Shown: positions 48,918-58,753, numbered from the stretch's first letter. The stretch: DNA of 64,000 bases from Polyangium jinanense (GCF_028435265.1 NZ_JAGTJK010000012.1:166900-230899); one strand, 5' to 3'. Program-made: numbers and translations. Notes: generated from the sequence alone by a model not told the origin.

Positions 48918-50921
48918 TCAAAGCTCACTGCAGAGGGGATCCCCGGGGGCGCATCCCTTTCGCGGCGGCGCGGAGCCCTGCGGGCGGGGCGCCAGGCCGG
49001 GGGTGAACTCCGCGAGCTCGAGCAGGTTCACGAAGCGGGCCCTGTGCCCGCCGGGATCCGTGCCGAGGTTTTTCTTGGCCATCGCCGCGATGTCCGCGAC
49101 CGTCAGGTTCCCCTTGAATGGCGAATCTCGTAGCAGCAGGCCAAACGCCGCCACCGACGCGGCGAAGTAGAAATCCGTGCTCCCCCCCCGATGCCATTCG
49201 TCCCGGAGCGGCACTTCGATCTCCTGGCTCGTTTGTCCCGACATGTCCTTGTAATGGACCCGCAGCGTGAGCAGGTACGGCACGCGCGGCGCCTCCGAGC
49301 CCCCCGAGGTATCGGGCCTGGGTTCGAGCTCGTAGAGCGCGGTCACCCCTTGCCCGGCGTACAGATCGACCGGGCCTTTCCAGGCATCCAAAAACTCGCG
49401 CTCCGGTCCCGTCCGATCCTCGTTCCCGATCAGCCGGAACGACCGCACGTACAGCGGATCGAAATCGACCTCGACCCGCACGTCCCTCGCGATCGGCGTG
49501 CGCGTCCCCATGGCCTCGTCGACCAGCTCCTTGCGCGCGTCGTCCGGGCTCGTGATCTCCGCGAAGCTCCCCTTGCCCTCCTCGGCCAGGCGCTTCAAGG
49601 TTTGTCCGGCCGGACCATCCATCGGACCGAACCCGAGCGCCGACAGCGAAATGCCCGTAGCCGCCTTCTCGCGGACGAGCGCCGTGAGCCGGCCCTCCTC
49701 GGAATTCGCCACGAAATGGGCGTCCGTCGCCAGAAAGACCCGGTTCACGCCGCCCGCGACGAAATGCGCCTGCGCCTCCTTGAAGGCTCGCGCGAGGGAA
49801 TCGCCGGAAGGGGCCGTCACGCTCGGCTCGAACTTGTCGATGGCGGTGAGGAGCCGAGGTTTGTCGTCGCCCGGCGTCGGCGGCAGATGAGGCTCCTCGG
49901 AGGGGTCTCCGTACGCGAGGAGCGTCAGCCGATCCCGCTCGTCGAGCCGCGAGACCAGCCTGCGCAGGGCGGCCTGGAGCAGCGGCAGTTTGTCCGGATC
50001 CTTGGCGAAGCCGGGCGATTTGTCGATCACGAAGACCAGGTTTGTCTGGGGGCGGATCGACGGATCGAACGGCGCTGTTTTCAGCGCGAGGCGCACGAGC
50101 CTGTGCGAACGGTTCCACGGCGCCGCGTCGACCTCGGCCCGGACGGCGAGCGGCGCGTCTCCGATCGGGGGCGGGTCTTCGTAGGGGAACGCATTGACGA
50201 GCTCGTCGACGCGCACCAGGCCCGGCGTCGGCCTGCGCGCGGCCTCGCGGATGTACCGCTCGACGAGCGAATACGAGGCCGTGTCCATGTCGAGTGGGAA
50301 CGTCGAACGTGCGATGCTCGTCGTGTAGATGAACGGGTTCTCGTCGGCCCTCGGCTTCGATCGCGCGGTCAGCCTGCGGGGCTTCGGGATCCTCTCCGCA
50401 ACCTCGCCACCCTGACGTGCCCGGTCCTCCTGGAGCATTCTCAGGATCTCTCGCCGCGTCGCCTCGTCGATCTTCGTGTCGTCTTTCGGGGGCGGCGCCG
50501 TCGTCTTTTCCTTCTCCTTCTGCGGAGCCTCGAACGCCGCCAAGTCTTTCATCGCTTGCTCCGCCGCGAGCAGGGTTTTTCGGCGTTGAACCATCACGCC
50601 GAGCGGAATCGCGACGAGCGCGACCGCGGCGGCCGCGAGCAACATCGGCTGGAGAAAACGCCTTCGGAGCGGCATCACCTTGGGGGTTTCCGTCTCGCGC
50701 GTGGCCTCCTCCAGCACCTTTCGTTGCTTTGCCGGAAGCGCCTTCGGCGCGCGCTCCGCGAGCCCTTCGCGCAGCATCTCCGCCGTCATCCGCAGGGCGT
50801 CGATCTCCGCGCGGATGTCCGGATCACCGTCGATCGCCGCCTCGATTTCGCGCGATTCGGCCTCGTCGAGCTCGCCGAGCACGTACGAAAGCAGGCGCGG
50901 ATCGTCCTTCGAGAGCGTCAT
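48918..50921 (-). CDS. anti-sigma factor with periplasmic vWA domain (YfbK-like, DUF3520-type C-terminus)
   Basis: ATG at 50921 (MTLSKDDPRLLSYVLGELDEAE anti-sigma N-domain); TM LLAAAAVALVAIPLGVMV; NLVFVIDKS vWA-like; FRLIGNEDR; upstream 517 aa of the 1184-aa ORF is Arg-rich. Confidence 0.7.
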   Translation of the reverse strand: MTLSKDDPRLLSYVLGELDEAESREIEAAIDGDPDIRAEIDALRMTAEMLREGLAERAPKALPAKQRKVLEEATRETETPKVMPLRRRFLQPMLLAAAAVALVAIPLGVMVQRRKTLLAAEQAMKDLAAFEAPQKEKEKTTAPPPKDDTKIDEATRREILRMLQEDRARQGGEVAERIPKPRRLTARSKPRADENPFIYTTSIARSTFPLDMDTASYSLVERYIREAARRPTPGLVRVDELVNAFPYEDPPPIGDAPLAVRAEVDAAPWNRSHRLVRLALKTAPFDPSIRPQTNLVFVIDKSPGFAKDPDKLPLLQAALRRLVSRLDERDRLTLLAYGDPSEEPHLPPTPGDDKPRLLTAIDKFEPSVTAPSGDSLARAFKEAQAHFVAGGVNRVFLATDAHFVANSEEGRLTALVREKAATGISLSALGFGPMDGPAGQTLKRLAEEGKGSFAEITSPDDARKELVDEAMGTRTPIARDVRVEVDFDPLYVRSFRLIGNEDRTGPEREFLDAWKGPVDLYAGQGVTALYELEPRPDTSGGSEAPRVPYLLTLRVHYKDMSGQTSQEIEVPLRDEWHRGGSTDFYFAASVAAFGLLLRDSPFKGNLTVADIAAMAKKNLGTDPGGHRARFVNLLELAEFTPGLAPRPQGSAPPRKGCAPGDPLCSEL

Positions 50922-51445
50922 CGGGTCCTCCTCGCGGCTTCGCGGTCCTTCTTCTCCACCTGCTCGCGCAGCGCGCGCAGCGCCGTATGCAAGAGGAATC
51001 CCACGTTCGACACGCTCGTCCCGAGCACCTCCGCGATCTCCTGGTAGCTCAGGTCGCCGCTGAATTTGAGCAGGACCGCCTCGCGTTGTCGTTCCGGCAG
51101 GGTATCGAGCGCGCCGAGCACGCGGCGCATCGCCTCCCGGCGCTCGAGGGCCTCCGAGGGCCCGGGTTGATTGTCCGCCATGACCTCGTCCACCTCCGCC
51201 ACGGGCTCGACCTGTCGTTTGTCGCGCCGAACATCGAGGGCCCGGTTCCGGCAGACCGTGAAGAGCCAGGCCCGAAGGTGCGGCTCCACGGCCGCTCGGT
51301 CCTGGTTGCACAAGCGCAGGAACGTGTCCTGCACCACGTCGGCCGCCTGGGCGGATCCCACGATCGCCGAGGCGTAACGGAGCAAAGGGGCCTCGTAGCG
51401 CGAGAGCGCGAGAAGGACCCAGTGGCTCGTCGGTTCGCTCGGCAT
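50918..51445 (-). CDS. ECF-family RNA polymerase sigma factor
   Basis: ATG at 51445; region 2 (LRAWLFTVCRNRALDVRR) and region 4 HTH (LSYQEIAEVLGTSVSNVGFLLHTALRALR); ATGA overlap with the anti-sigma start. Confidence 0.8.
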   Translation of the reverse strand: MPSEPTSHWVLLALSRYEAPLLRYASAIVGSAQAADVVQDTFLRLCNQDRAAVEPHLRAWLFTVCRNRALDVRRDKRQVEPVAEVDEVMADNQPGPSEALERREAMRRVLGALDTLPERQREAVLLKFSGDLSYQEIAEVLGTSVSNVGFLLHTALRALREQVEKKDREAARRTR

Positions 51446-51572
51446 GGGCGCGATCGGAAGTCGTTCTCTCGAAGAACGAGGGGGCGGGAGGTTTCTTAGA
51501 GAAAAAAGTACGGGGGCGGCGCGGCGTCTCGGGCGGCTTCTCGCCGGGTGCGGATCGGGGTAGGGGCCCAAC

Positions 51573-52370
51573 ATGTCCGACTCCTCCCCGGCCCGCCACG
51601 AGGCGGCCCGCAAGAAGCGCTCGGCGCTCTTGGCTTATGTGATCCTGGGCCTCCTCGTCGCGACCTTCGTCGTGCTCCGCGTGATGGTCAAGGTGTACAA
51701 GGTCCCGTCCGGGGCGATGGTACCCACGCTCGTGCCCGGCGACTACGTCTCCGCGCTGCGGGGCGGCGAGGTGCATCGCGGCGACGTGATCGTCTTCCCG
51801 TTCCCCGAGAACCCGGATCAGCTCTTCATGAAGCGGGTGATCGGGATGCCGGGGGACAGGATCGAGTTCGTGGACGGGCGGCCCATCATCAACGGCTTTC
51901 GTGTCCCGCAATGCCGCGTGGGCCGCTACGATTGGGAGGGGCGGACGTACGAGCTTTTCATCGAATGGCTCGACGAACACGCTTACGGCGTTCTGCTCGA
52001 CGGGCCCGTCTTCGGGGAGACGTGCGAGAAGGACAGTGATTGCAGCGCGATGCAATCGTGCCGGGGCGGGATTTGCGGGACCGTGCAGGGGCCCTGGGTC
52101 GTGCCCGCGGGCGAGGCGTTCGTCATCGGCGACAACCGAATGAACAGCCACGACTCGCGGAGCTGGAAAGGTGGAATCGGACGCGGCATGCCGATCTCCA
52201 CGGTCGTCGGGCGCGTGGCGATGATCATGCTCGGCGGTTTTTCCGGCCGGAGCGCGACGCCCGTGGACGGGCCGCCCATTCTCCCGGCGGGCGCGGCGTC
52301 GCTCGGGCCTGCGATGGAAAAGTGCTTGAAGGAAAAAACCGCCGCGACGCCGCCGCCGCCCGCGCGTTAA
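51573..52370 (+). CDS. lepB: signal peptidase I
   Basis: SPase I boxes PSGAMVPTL, KRVIGMPGDRIE, GDNRMNSHDSR; N-terminal TM anchor. Confidence 0.85.
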   Translation: MSDSSPARHEAARKKRSALLAYVILGLLVATFVVLRVMVKVYKVPSGAMVPTLVPGDYVSALRGGEVHRGDVIVFPFPENPDQLFMKRVIGMPGDRIEFVDGRPIINGFRVPQCRVGRYDWEGRTYELFIEWLDEHAYGVLLDGPVFGETCEKDSDCSAMQSCRGGICGTVQGPWVVPAGEAFVIGDNRMNSHDSRSWKGGIGRGMPISTVVGRVAMIMLGGFSGRSATPVDGPPILPAGAASLGPAMEKCLKEKTAATPPPPAR

Positions 52371-52924
52371 CGCGCCCGCCGCCTTCGCGCCGCGGCGATC
52401 CCCGTGCCCACGGCGACCATGGCGAGCCCGAGCCACGGCGCGGCGCGGTCGCCGACCGCGCTGCACGCGCATCCCGTCACCGCGATGTCGTCGTCGCCGC
52501 TATCGCCATTCCCTGCGCCCGCGCCGCTCCCGGCGCCGCTGCCCGCGCCTGCGCCGCTGCCCGAGCCCGCGCCCGAGCCGCCGACGCAGACCTTGAGGGG
52601 TGAACATGTGCCGCCGAGCGGGCAGGCGCTGGCCGCGTCGCAGGCGCCGAGCACGTTGATCTCGAGCGGGGGCGCGCCGTCGCCGATCCACCCGCCCGAG
52701 CAGCCGATCTCCTCGATACAGAGCTCGGTTTCGACGCACGTCGCGCCGTCCTTGCAATCGACGTTGGTCTCGCAGAACAGGGGCGCGCACTGCGGGGGTC
52801 CGTGGCAGAACTCGCCCACGCTGCCCTCGGGGCAGTCGGACGGCGGATCCGAGAGGACGTCCGCGGACGCGGGGGCCGCAAAAAGCATCGCGGCGGCTGC
52901 AAAAAGGAAGAAGCGGGTGCGCAT
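52367..52924 (-). CDS. Cys-rich secreted protein with MYXO-CTERM sorting tail
   Basis: signal peptide MRTRFFLFAAAAMLFAAPASA; C-terminus GCACSAVGDRAAPWLGLAMVAVGTGIAAARRRRAR (Gly-Cys, hydrophobic helix, Arg cluster); 4-nt convergent overlap with lepB. Confidence 0.7.
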   Translation of the reverse strand: MRTRFFLFAAAAMLFAAPASADVLSDPPSDCPEGSVGEFCHGPPQCAPLFCETNVDCKDGATCVETELCIEEIGCSGGWIGDGAPPLEINVLGACDAASACPLGGTCSPLKVCVGGSGAGSGSGAGAGSGAGSGAGAGNGDSGDDDIAVTGCACSAVGDRAAPWLGLAMVAVGTGIAAARRRRAR

Positions 52925-53052
52925 GAAGAAGCCTCCTCCGACGATGTCGTTCGCCGGTCTGCGGGATACGCTACCGCCACGGCGGGCCGCGGAAAAGGGG
53001 GAGATGGTGTCGAGGCTTCCCTGCCGGCGATGGGTTGGGCTAGAATCCCGCC

Positions 53053-53610
53053 ATGGACGTCGCCACCCTGATCGCGCGGCAAGAACGCGGCGAGTCGCTC
53101 GAATTCCTGTTCTTCTGGGGCCATACGCCGAGCGAGGAAGGGACGCTTGGACCTTTCATTTTGAGCCAATGGTATCCCGCGCCGTTCGTCGTGCGCGGGC
53201 AGAGGTACGCGGCCGCCGAGCATTTCATGATGGCCGAGAAGGCGCGGCTGTTCGGGGACGAAGTGACGCGCGCGAAGATCCTGGCGACGGAGGATCCGGG
53301 CAAGGCGAAGGCGCTCGGGCGCGAGGTGCGTGATTTCGACGAGGCGCGGTGGCGCGAGCACCGGTTCGGGATCGTGGTGGAGGCGAGCCTCGCGAAGTTC
53401 GGCCAGAATCCGGCCCTCGGCGAATGGTTGCTTCGCACCGGATCGAAGATCCTCGTCGAGGCGAGCCCGCGGGACACGATCTGGGGGATCGGGCTCGGCG
53501 CGTCGAATCCGCGAGCGACGGACCCTCGGGCGTGGCGAGGGCTGAATTTGCTGGGATTTGCGCTCATGGAGGCGCGCGAAGGGCTTGCCGGCGCGGCGCC
53601 TCCTCGATAG
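53053..53610 (+). CDS. NADAR (YbiA-like, DUF1768) family protein
   Basis: FLFFWGH, SQWYPAPFVVRGQRYAAAEHFMMAEKARLFGD, TIWGIGLG: conserved NADAR core motifs. Confidence 0.8.
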   Translation: MDVATLIARQERGESLEFLFFWGHTPSEEGTLGPFILSQWYPAPFVVRGQRYAAAEHFMMAEKARLFGDEVTRAKILATEDPGKAKALGREVRDFDEARWREHRFGIVVEASLAKFGQNPALGEWLLRTGSKILVEASPRDTIWGIGLGASNPRATDPRAWRGLNLLGFALMEAREGLAGAAPPR

Positions 53611-53640
53611 GCTCGGCCCCCGAGACGACGTGCGCGGCCG

Positions 53641-55152
53641 ATGAGTAGCGACAGCGAGATGGAGCTTCCGGTCAGGGCGGGCGACGTGATCGCCGGGAAA
53701 TACCGTGTCGATCGGGTGCTCGGCGTGGGCGGCATGGGCGCCGTCGTCGCCGCCGAGCACACGGATCTCGAGCAGCGGGTGGCCATCAAGTTCATGCTCG
53801 AGGCCGCGGCCAAGAACGAGGTCGGCAAGAAGCGCTTTTTGCGTGAGGCGCAGGCCGCGACGAAGCTCCGGAGCGAGCACGTCACGCGGATGCTCGACTT
53901 CGGCACGCTCGACGACGGCGTGCCGTACCTCGTGATGGAGCTGCTCGAAGGCAAGGACCTCGACGAGATGATCCGCGCCGCCGGCAAGCTGCCGATCGAG
54001 GAGGCGTGCGAGGTCGTGCTGCAGACGTGCGAGGCGCTCGCCGAGGCGCACGGGCGCGGCATCGTGCATCGAGACATCAAGCCGGCGAACCTGTTCGTGA
54101 CCCGGCGCGCGGATGGAAGCCCCGCGGTGAAGGTGCTCGATTTCGGAATCGCGAAGCACCAGGATCCCGCGGCGCTCGACGGCACGGCGCTCACGCGTAG
54201 CAACGCGCTACTCGGCTCGCCGATGTACATGTCGCTCGAGCAGTTCCGGGCGGCGCGTGAGGTCGACGCGCGCAGCGACATCTGGTCGATTGGCGTGGTG
54301 CTGTACAAGGCGCTCACCGGGACGATGCCGTTTGTCGCCGATTCGCTCGGCGCGCTCATCATGGTGCTGATGACCGAGGATCCCGAGCCGCCGGGGCAAC
54401 GCCGGGAGGACCTGCCGGCCGAGCTTGGCGAGGTCGTGCTGCGTTGCTTGCAAAAAGACCCGGCCGATCGCTTCCAGAGCGTGGCCGAGCTCGCGGATGC
54501 CCTCGCCCCGTTCGTGCCCGAGCGGTCGAGGGCGCTGCTCGATCGCATTCACGCGCACCTCGCCGGGCCGCGCGCGCCGCAGAGCTTGCCGCCCGAGGCG
54601 CCGGCCGGGAAAACGGGTCATCCATCGCCCGGACAAACGACGGGTGCGTCGCTCGGGAAAAAGGAACGTTCGTCCGGAGGAACGACGGGCGAAGGGGCGC
54701 GGCCGAGCGGGGGAGGCGAGCGGCTGTCGACGCAGGCGATGGGGAAGACGGCCTCGACGTGGTCGCAGACCCAGATGGGCGCGCCTCATCGGTCGGGAAA
54801 ATGGTTCGTCCTGACAGGCGCGGTTGCTTTGCTCCTGGGAATCGTGGGGACGCGGCTGCTCGGGGGCCGCGAGGAGAAAACCATGACCGCGGAGCCGCCG
54901 CGGCCGCCGGCCATCGAGACGCCTGCGCCGGCCGTGACCCTGGCGCCTGCGCCCAGCGCGACCGTCGCGCCCCCGCAGACCGCGGAGACGGCCGCCGCGC
55001 CCCCGAGCACGTCCGCGGCGCCTTCCGCGAGCGTGGCGGCGCCCAAGGTCGCGGCGCCCGTGAAGACCGGCACGACGAAGCCTGCGGCGACCGAGACGCC
55101 GAGCGCGGCCCCCACGACCGGACTGGTCCCCGATTTCGGAGGCCGGAAGTGA
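53641..55152 (+). CDS. eukaryotic-like Ser/Thr protein kinase with C-terminal TM and Pro/Ala-rich tail
   Basis: GVGGMGAVV glycine loop, AIKFM lysine, HRDIKPANLFV catalytic loop, DFGIAK, SPMYMSLEQ. Confidence 0.9.
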   Translation: MSSDSEMELPVRAGDVIAGKYRVDRVLGVGGMGAVVAAEHTDLEQRVAIKFMLEAAAKNEVGKKRFLREAQAATKLRSEHVTRMLDFGTLDDGVPYLVMELLEGKDLDEMIRAAGKLPIEEACEVVLQTCEALAEAHGRGIVHRDIKPANLFVTRRADGSPAVKVLDFGIAKHQDPAALDGTALTRSNALLGSPMYMSLEQFRAAREVDARSDIWSIGVVLYKALTGTMPFVADSLGALIMVLMTEDPEPPGQRREDLPAELGEVVLRCLQKDPADRFQSVAELADALAPFVPERSRALLDRIHAHLAGPRAPQSLPPEAPAGKTGHPSPGQTTGASLGKKERSSGGTTGEGARPSGGGERLSTQAMGKTASTWSQTQMGAPHRSGKWFVLTGAVALLLGIVGTRLLGGREEKTMTAEPPRPPAIETPAPAVTLAPAPSATVAPPQTAETAAAPPSTSAAPSASVAAPKVAAPVKTGTTKPAATETPSAAPTTGLVPDFGGRK

Positions 55153-56162
55153 AACGCGCCGCCGGGTTTTTCCTCGCCGTGGCGCTCTTCGGCGGGGCGC
55201 GCCCCGGGGTTGCCCAGCAGGGCGACGTGGCCGCGGCCGAACACCTCTTCAAGGAGGCGCTCGCCCTCATGGAGAAGGGCGATTACGAGCACGCGTGTCC
55301 ACGGCTGGCCGAGAGCCACAAGCTCGATTCGGGCATCGGCACGTTGCTTTATCTGGGTGATTGTCAAGAAAAACTAGGTAAGTTCGCGACCGCGTGGGCT
55401 ACGTTCCGCGAGGCGGCCGACGCGGCGCGCCGGGCGGGCCAACCGGACCGGGAGAAGATCGGGCGGACGCGGGCCGACGCGCTCGAAGCGAAGCTCTCGC
55501 GCCTCGTCATCGAGGTGCCGGATTCGATTTTGCGTGATGGGTTCGTCGTGCGTCGTGATGGGCTGGAGGTAGGGTCCGTCCTGTGGAACACCGGCGTGCC
55601 CATCGATCCGGGCACGTACAAGATCGAGGCGACCGCGCCGGGGAAAGTGCCGTATTCGACATCCGTGGTGATCGAGCGTGGATCCGCGACGACGACCGTG
55701 ATGTTGCCGCCGCTCGAAGACGCGAAGGTCGAGCCGCCGCCGGCGAAGCCCTTGCTCGAGCCCGTGAAATTGCCGCCGCCTCCGCCGCCCCCGCCGCCTC
55801 GGCCGAAGCCCAAAGGGATCGGGCCGCTCGGGATCGTGGGCATTGCGGCGGGTGGGGCGGGCCTGCTCACGATGGGCGCGTCCCTCGGCGTGGGGCTCGC
55901 GGCGCGCGCGCGGTTCGACGAGGCGGCGCCTTTCTGCGACGCCACGTATTGTGATCGGGAAGGCGTTGCCATTCGGAAGGACGCCAAGGATCTCGCGGGC
56001 GTCGGGACGGCGATCTTCGTGCCTGGCGCGGTCCTCACGGCCGCGGGCGCCGCGCTTTTCGTCGTCTCGCTCGCGACGCGGGGGCCGTCGGATGCGGCGC
56101 CCAAGGCGAGCGTGACCTTGACGCTCGGACCCGGGGGGATCTTCGCGCGAGGGAGCTTTTGA
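55149..56162 (+). CDS. secreted helical (TPR-like) protein with Pro-rich linker and C-terminal TM-Cx6C-TM module (GTG start); paralog of 306..1346
   Basis: GTGA overlap with the kinase stop; MKRAAGFFLAVALFGGARPGVAQQ signal peptide; PPPPPPPPPRPKPK linker; two TM helices flanking FCDATYCDREG. Confidence 0.65.
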   Translation: MKRAAGFFLAVALFGGARPGVAQQGDVAAAEHLFKEALALMEKGDYEHACPRLAESHKLDSGIGTLLYLGDCQEKLGKFATAWATFREAADAARRAGQPDREKIGRTRADALEAKLSRLVIEVPDSILRDGFVVRRDGLEVGSVLWNTGVPIDPGTYKIEATAPGKVPYSTSVVIERGSATTTVMLPPLEDAKVEPPPAKPLLEPVKLPPPPPPPPPRPKPKGIGPLGIVGIAAGGAGLLTMGASLGVGLAARARFDEAAPFCDATYCDREGVAIRKDAKDLAGVGTAIFVPGAVLTAAGAALFVVSLATRGPSDAAPKASVTLTLGPGGIFARGSF

Positions 56163-57454
56163 TGCGCGTTCGTCCTGCCAACCTTGTTCTCGTCCTCGGG
56201 GCGCTCGCGGGCGCGACGGGTTGCGCCTCGGTTTTTGGCATCGAGGAGGGCGTGTTGCGCCCGAGCATCGAGGTCTCCGGCTCGATTCGCAAGGATACGA
56301 CGTGGTATGCGGATCAGACCACGATCCTGACGGGATACGTGGTGGTCGAGTCGGGCACGACGCTCACGATCGAGCCGGGCACGCGGATCCTCGCCCACAC
56401 GGAGGGCGGGATCCTCGTGAGGCCAGGCGCGCGGATCGTCGCGCGCGGCACGAAGGAGGCGCCGATCGTGTTCACGAGCGCGGCGACCGAGCGCTCCGAC
56501 GGGGATTGGCGCGGCGTCATCCTCTGTGGGCGCGCCCCGATCAATGGCGCGCCCAGCGGCCGAAAGCTCGATGTCCTTCCTCCCGGCATCAATGCCACCT
56601 GCGGCGGGACGGCGGAGGACGATAGCAGCGGCGAGCTCCAGTTCGTGCGGATCGAGTTTGCGGGCCGGAACGACGGCCTTTCTGGCTCGCCGGGCGGGTT
56701 CCGCCTGGAGGGCGTCGGGAGCGGCACGGTCGTCGAGCACGTGCAGGTGCACCGCACCGAAGACGACGCCATCGATCTGCGGGGCGGGACGGTGTCGGTG
56801 AAGCACATCCTCGTCACGGGGTACGAGGACGACGGCTTCGACTGGGCGCTCGGCTGGCGTGGCAAGGGTCAATTCATCGGCGTCGTGATGGGCGACATGC
56901 AGGGCGACACGGGCATCCAGGCCGGTCAGGGCACGAGCGATTCCGAGGTCGACGGCGCGGGATCGGCGCCTTCGGATCCTTTGCTGTACAACGTGACGCT
57001 CGTGGGAATGGCCGACCAGTTCGGGCCGAACGTGAAGCTGCGGGGCGGGACGCGCGGGCGGATGTTCGACATGCTCGTGGCGAACGCGGGGGACACGGGC
57101 CTGGCCATCGACGAGACGCCGACGCACGAGAATGCGAACGCGGGGCTGCTCGACATTCGCCATTCGATCTTCGCGAACGACGACAATTTCGAGGACGGCG
57201 AGGCTGAGTTCGCGGAGTCGGACTGGGCCACGGAGCCGGTGCGGAACAATCGCGCTCTGACGCCGGACGAGAGTGGTTTGCCGCTGTTCACGAACGGCCC
57301 GGTGTATCTGTCGCTCGTGAGCGGGGCGAAGGGGCTTTCGGGAGCGATTGCGCCGCCGGACGACGGGTTTTTCGATCCGACCGCGCTCTTCGTGGGCGCC
57401 TGCGGCGAGGTGTGCCCGGATTTCGAGGGGTGGACGGCCTTTCCGGATCGGTGA
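56159..57454 (+). CDS. lipoprotein with right-handed beta-helix-like repeats, hypothetical
   Basis: ATGA overlap with the upstream stop; LVLVLGALAGATGCAS lipobox; repeated Gly/Asp/Thr-rich short beta-strand units. Confidence 0.55.
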   Translation: MMRVRPANLVLVLGALAGATGCASVFGIEEGVLRPSIEVSGSIRKDTTWYADQTTILTGYVVVESGTTLTIEPGTRILAHTEGGILVRPGARIVARGTKEAPIVFTSAATERSDGDWRGVILCGRAPINGAPSGRKLDVLPPGINATCGGTAEDDSSGELQFVRIEFAGRNDGLSGSPGGFRLEGVGSGTVVEHVQVHRTEDDAIDLRGGTVSVKHILVTGYEDDGFDWALGWRGKGQFIGVVMGDMQGDTGIQAGQGTSDSEVDGAGSAPSDPLLYNVTLVGMADQFGPNVKLRGGTRGRMFDMLVANAGDTGLAIDETPTHENANAGLLDIRHSIFANDDNFEDGEAEFAESDWATEPVRNNRALTPDESGLPLFTNGPVYLSLVSGAKGLSGAIAPPDDGFFDPTALFVGACGEVCPDFEGWTAFPDR

Positions 57455-57473
57455 GACGTGGTAGAATGCGGGC

Positions 57474-58055
57474 ATGTCGGATCCGGCTCGCGCGTCGAAA
57501 CGTCCGAAGACCTGGGAAGACCTGGCGGATTTGCCCGAGGGGGTTGTCGGGGAGATCGTTGGGGGGGAGATCGTCCTCCTGCCTCGCCCGAGCCCGCCGC
57601 ACGGGCGGGCGCAGGCGAAGCTGCATGCGAAGATTGGCGGCGCCTTCGACCTGGGCGAAGGGGGGCCAGGCGGGTGGGAGATTCGCCCGGAGCCCCGTAT
57701 CCGGTTCGGGGAAGAGATCCGCGTACCCGATCTGGCAGGCTGGCGGATCGAGCGCTTCGAGGAGCCGCACGAGGGCCCGTTCCTCGTGGCCCCGGACTGG
57801 GTTTGCGAGATTCTCTCGCCGAGCACGGCTCGCTCCGATCGGACAGCAAAGCTCAGGCTTTACGCTCACCACGGCGTCCGCCATTATTGGATCATCGACC
57901 CAGAGTTGCAGACGCTCGAGGTCTACCGGCTCGAAGGCAAGTTATGGGTTGTCGCGGCGACATTTGACGGGGATGTGCGCGTCCGCGCCGAGCCGTTCGA
58001 AGCGATTGAAATCGATCTTTCCCTGCTCTGGACGCCTCGTCCGCCCACCCCTTGA
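57474..58055 (+). CDS. Uma2-family (DUF820) putative restriction-endonuclease-fold protein
   Basis: VPDLAGW ... PDWVCEILSPST ... YAHHGVRHYWIIDP conserved Uma2 core. Confidence 0.8.
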   Translation: MSDPARASKRPKTWEDLADLPEGVVGEIVGGEIVLLPRPSPPHGRAQAKLHAKIGGAFDLGEGGPGGWEIRPEPRIRFGEEIRVPDLAGWRIERFEEPHEGPFLVAPDWVCEILSPSTARSDRTAKLRLYAHHGVRHYWIIDPELQTLEVYRLEGKLWVVAATFDGDVRVRAEPFEAIEIDLSLLWTPRPPTP

Positions 58056-58058
58056 CCC

Positions 58059-58649
58059 TCACCCCCGCCGATACATCACATCCGTCCGGAGCACGTATTT
58101 CGTCCCCTCGATCACCGGCGCTCCTCGGTGGTACAGCGAGTGCGAGAACACGAGCGCCATTCCGCGCCGCGGCTCCACGCGGATCTCGTCGTCGGTCACG
58201 TACATGAAATCGGTCGTCCCGCCGACGCAGTCTTCATTGAGGTAAAATATCAACGTCAAGAGGCTCTGCTCCTCCGGCGTGCGGAGGAACGCGCCGTCCC
58301 GGTGCCAGTCGAATTGCTGGCCCGGCGTGTAGCGGTAATACCGGAATCGCTCGTTGAGCCCCACGGGGCGATACGCGCCGAGCTCTGCCGGCACGTGCGC
58401 CGCGACCCGCGGCCAGAGCTCGGCCGCGAGGGCCGGGTCGTCCTGCATCACGCGCCGGTTGTTGCGGACGTCCTTCGCCATCACGAACTTGTTCGGGCCC
58501 ACCGTGATCGGCGCGTCCGTGAAGCCGTGGGCCTCGGCGCGCCGGATGAGGTCGTCGCACTCGGCGGGGGCGAGGACGTTCGAGAGCGTGAAGAGCTCCT
58601 TGCCGGTCGCGAGCCGGCGTTTCTCGATGGCGTTCATGCCGGACACCAT
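58059..58649 (-). CDS. 2OG-Fe(II) oxygenase (prolyl-4-hydroxylase-like)
   Basis: HxD...H facial triad (WHRDGAF, FSHSLYHRG) with RxS-like 2OG contact. Confidence 0.8.
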   Translation of the reverse strand: MVSGMNAIEKRRLATGKELFTLSNVLAPAECDDLIRRAEAHGFTDAPITVGPNKFVMAKDVRNNRRVMQDDPALAAELWPRVAAHVPAELGAYRPVGLNERFRYYRYTPGQQFDWHRDGAFLRTPEEQSLLTLIFYLNEDCVGGTTDFMYVTDDEIRVEPRRGMALVFSHSLYHRGAPVIEGTKYVLRTDVMYRRG

Positions 58650-58753
58650 GCGGCCGCGCCGGGCGGCTGAACAGGGCAGAACCGGGCAGGAACCGGGCGG
58701 GGCCGGCGGTGGACAGGACGGCCCGCCGGAAGGATGATGCGCAGGCGAATCGA

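Noticed and set aside
50922-52472. First 517 aa of the 1184-aa ORF 48918..52472
   Set aside because: Arg/Gly-rich, overlaps the ECF sigma gene in another frame and lepB on the opposite strand; the recognisable anti-sigma domain starts at the internal ATG 50921.
55364-57826. 820-aa minus-strand ORF
   Set aside because: Arg/Pro-rich antisense of the TPR/TM and beta-helix lipoprotein genes.
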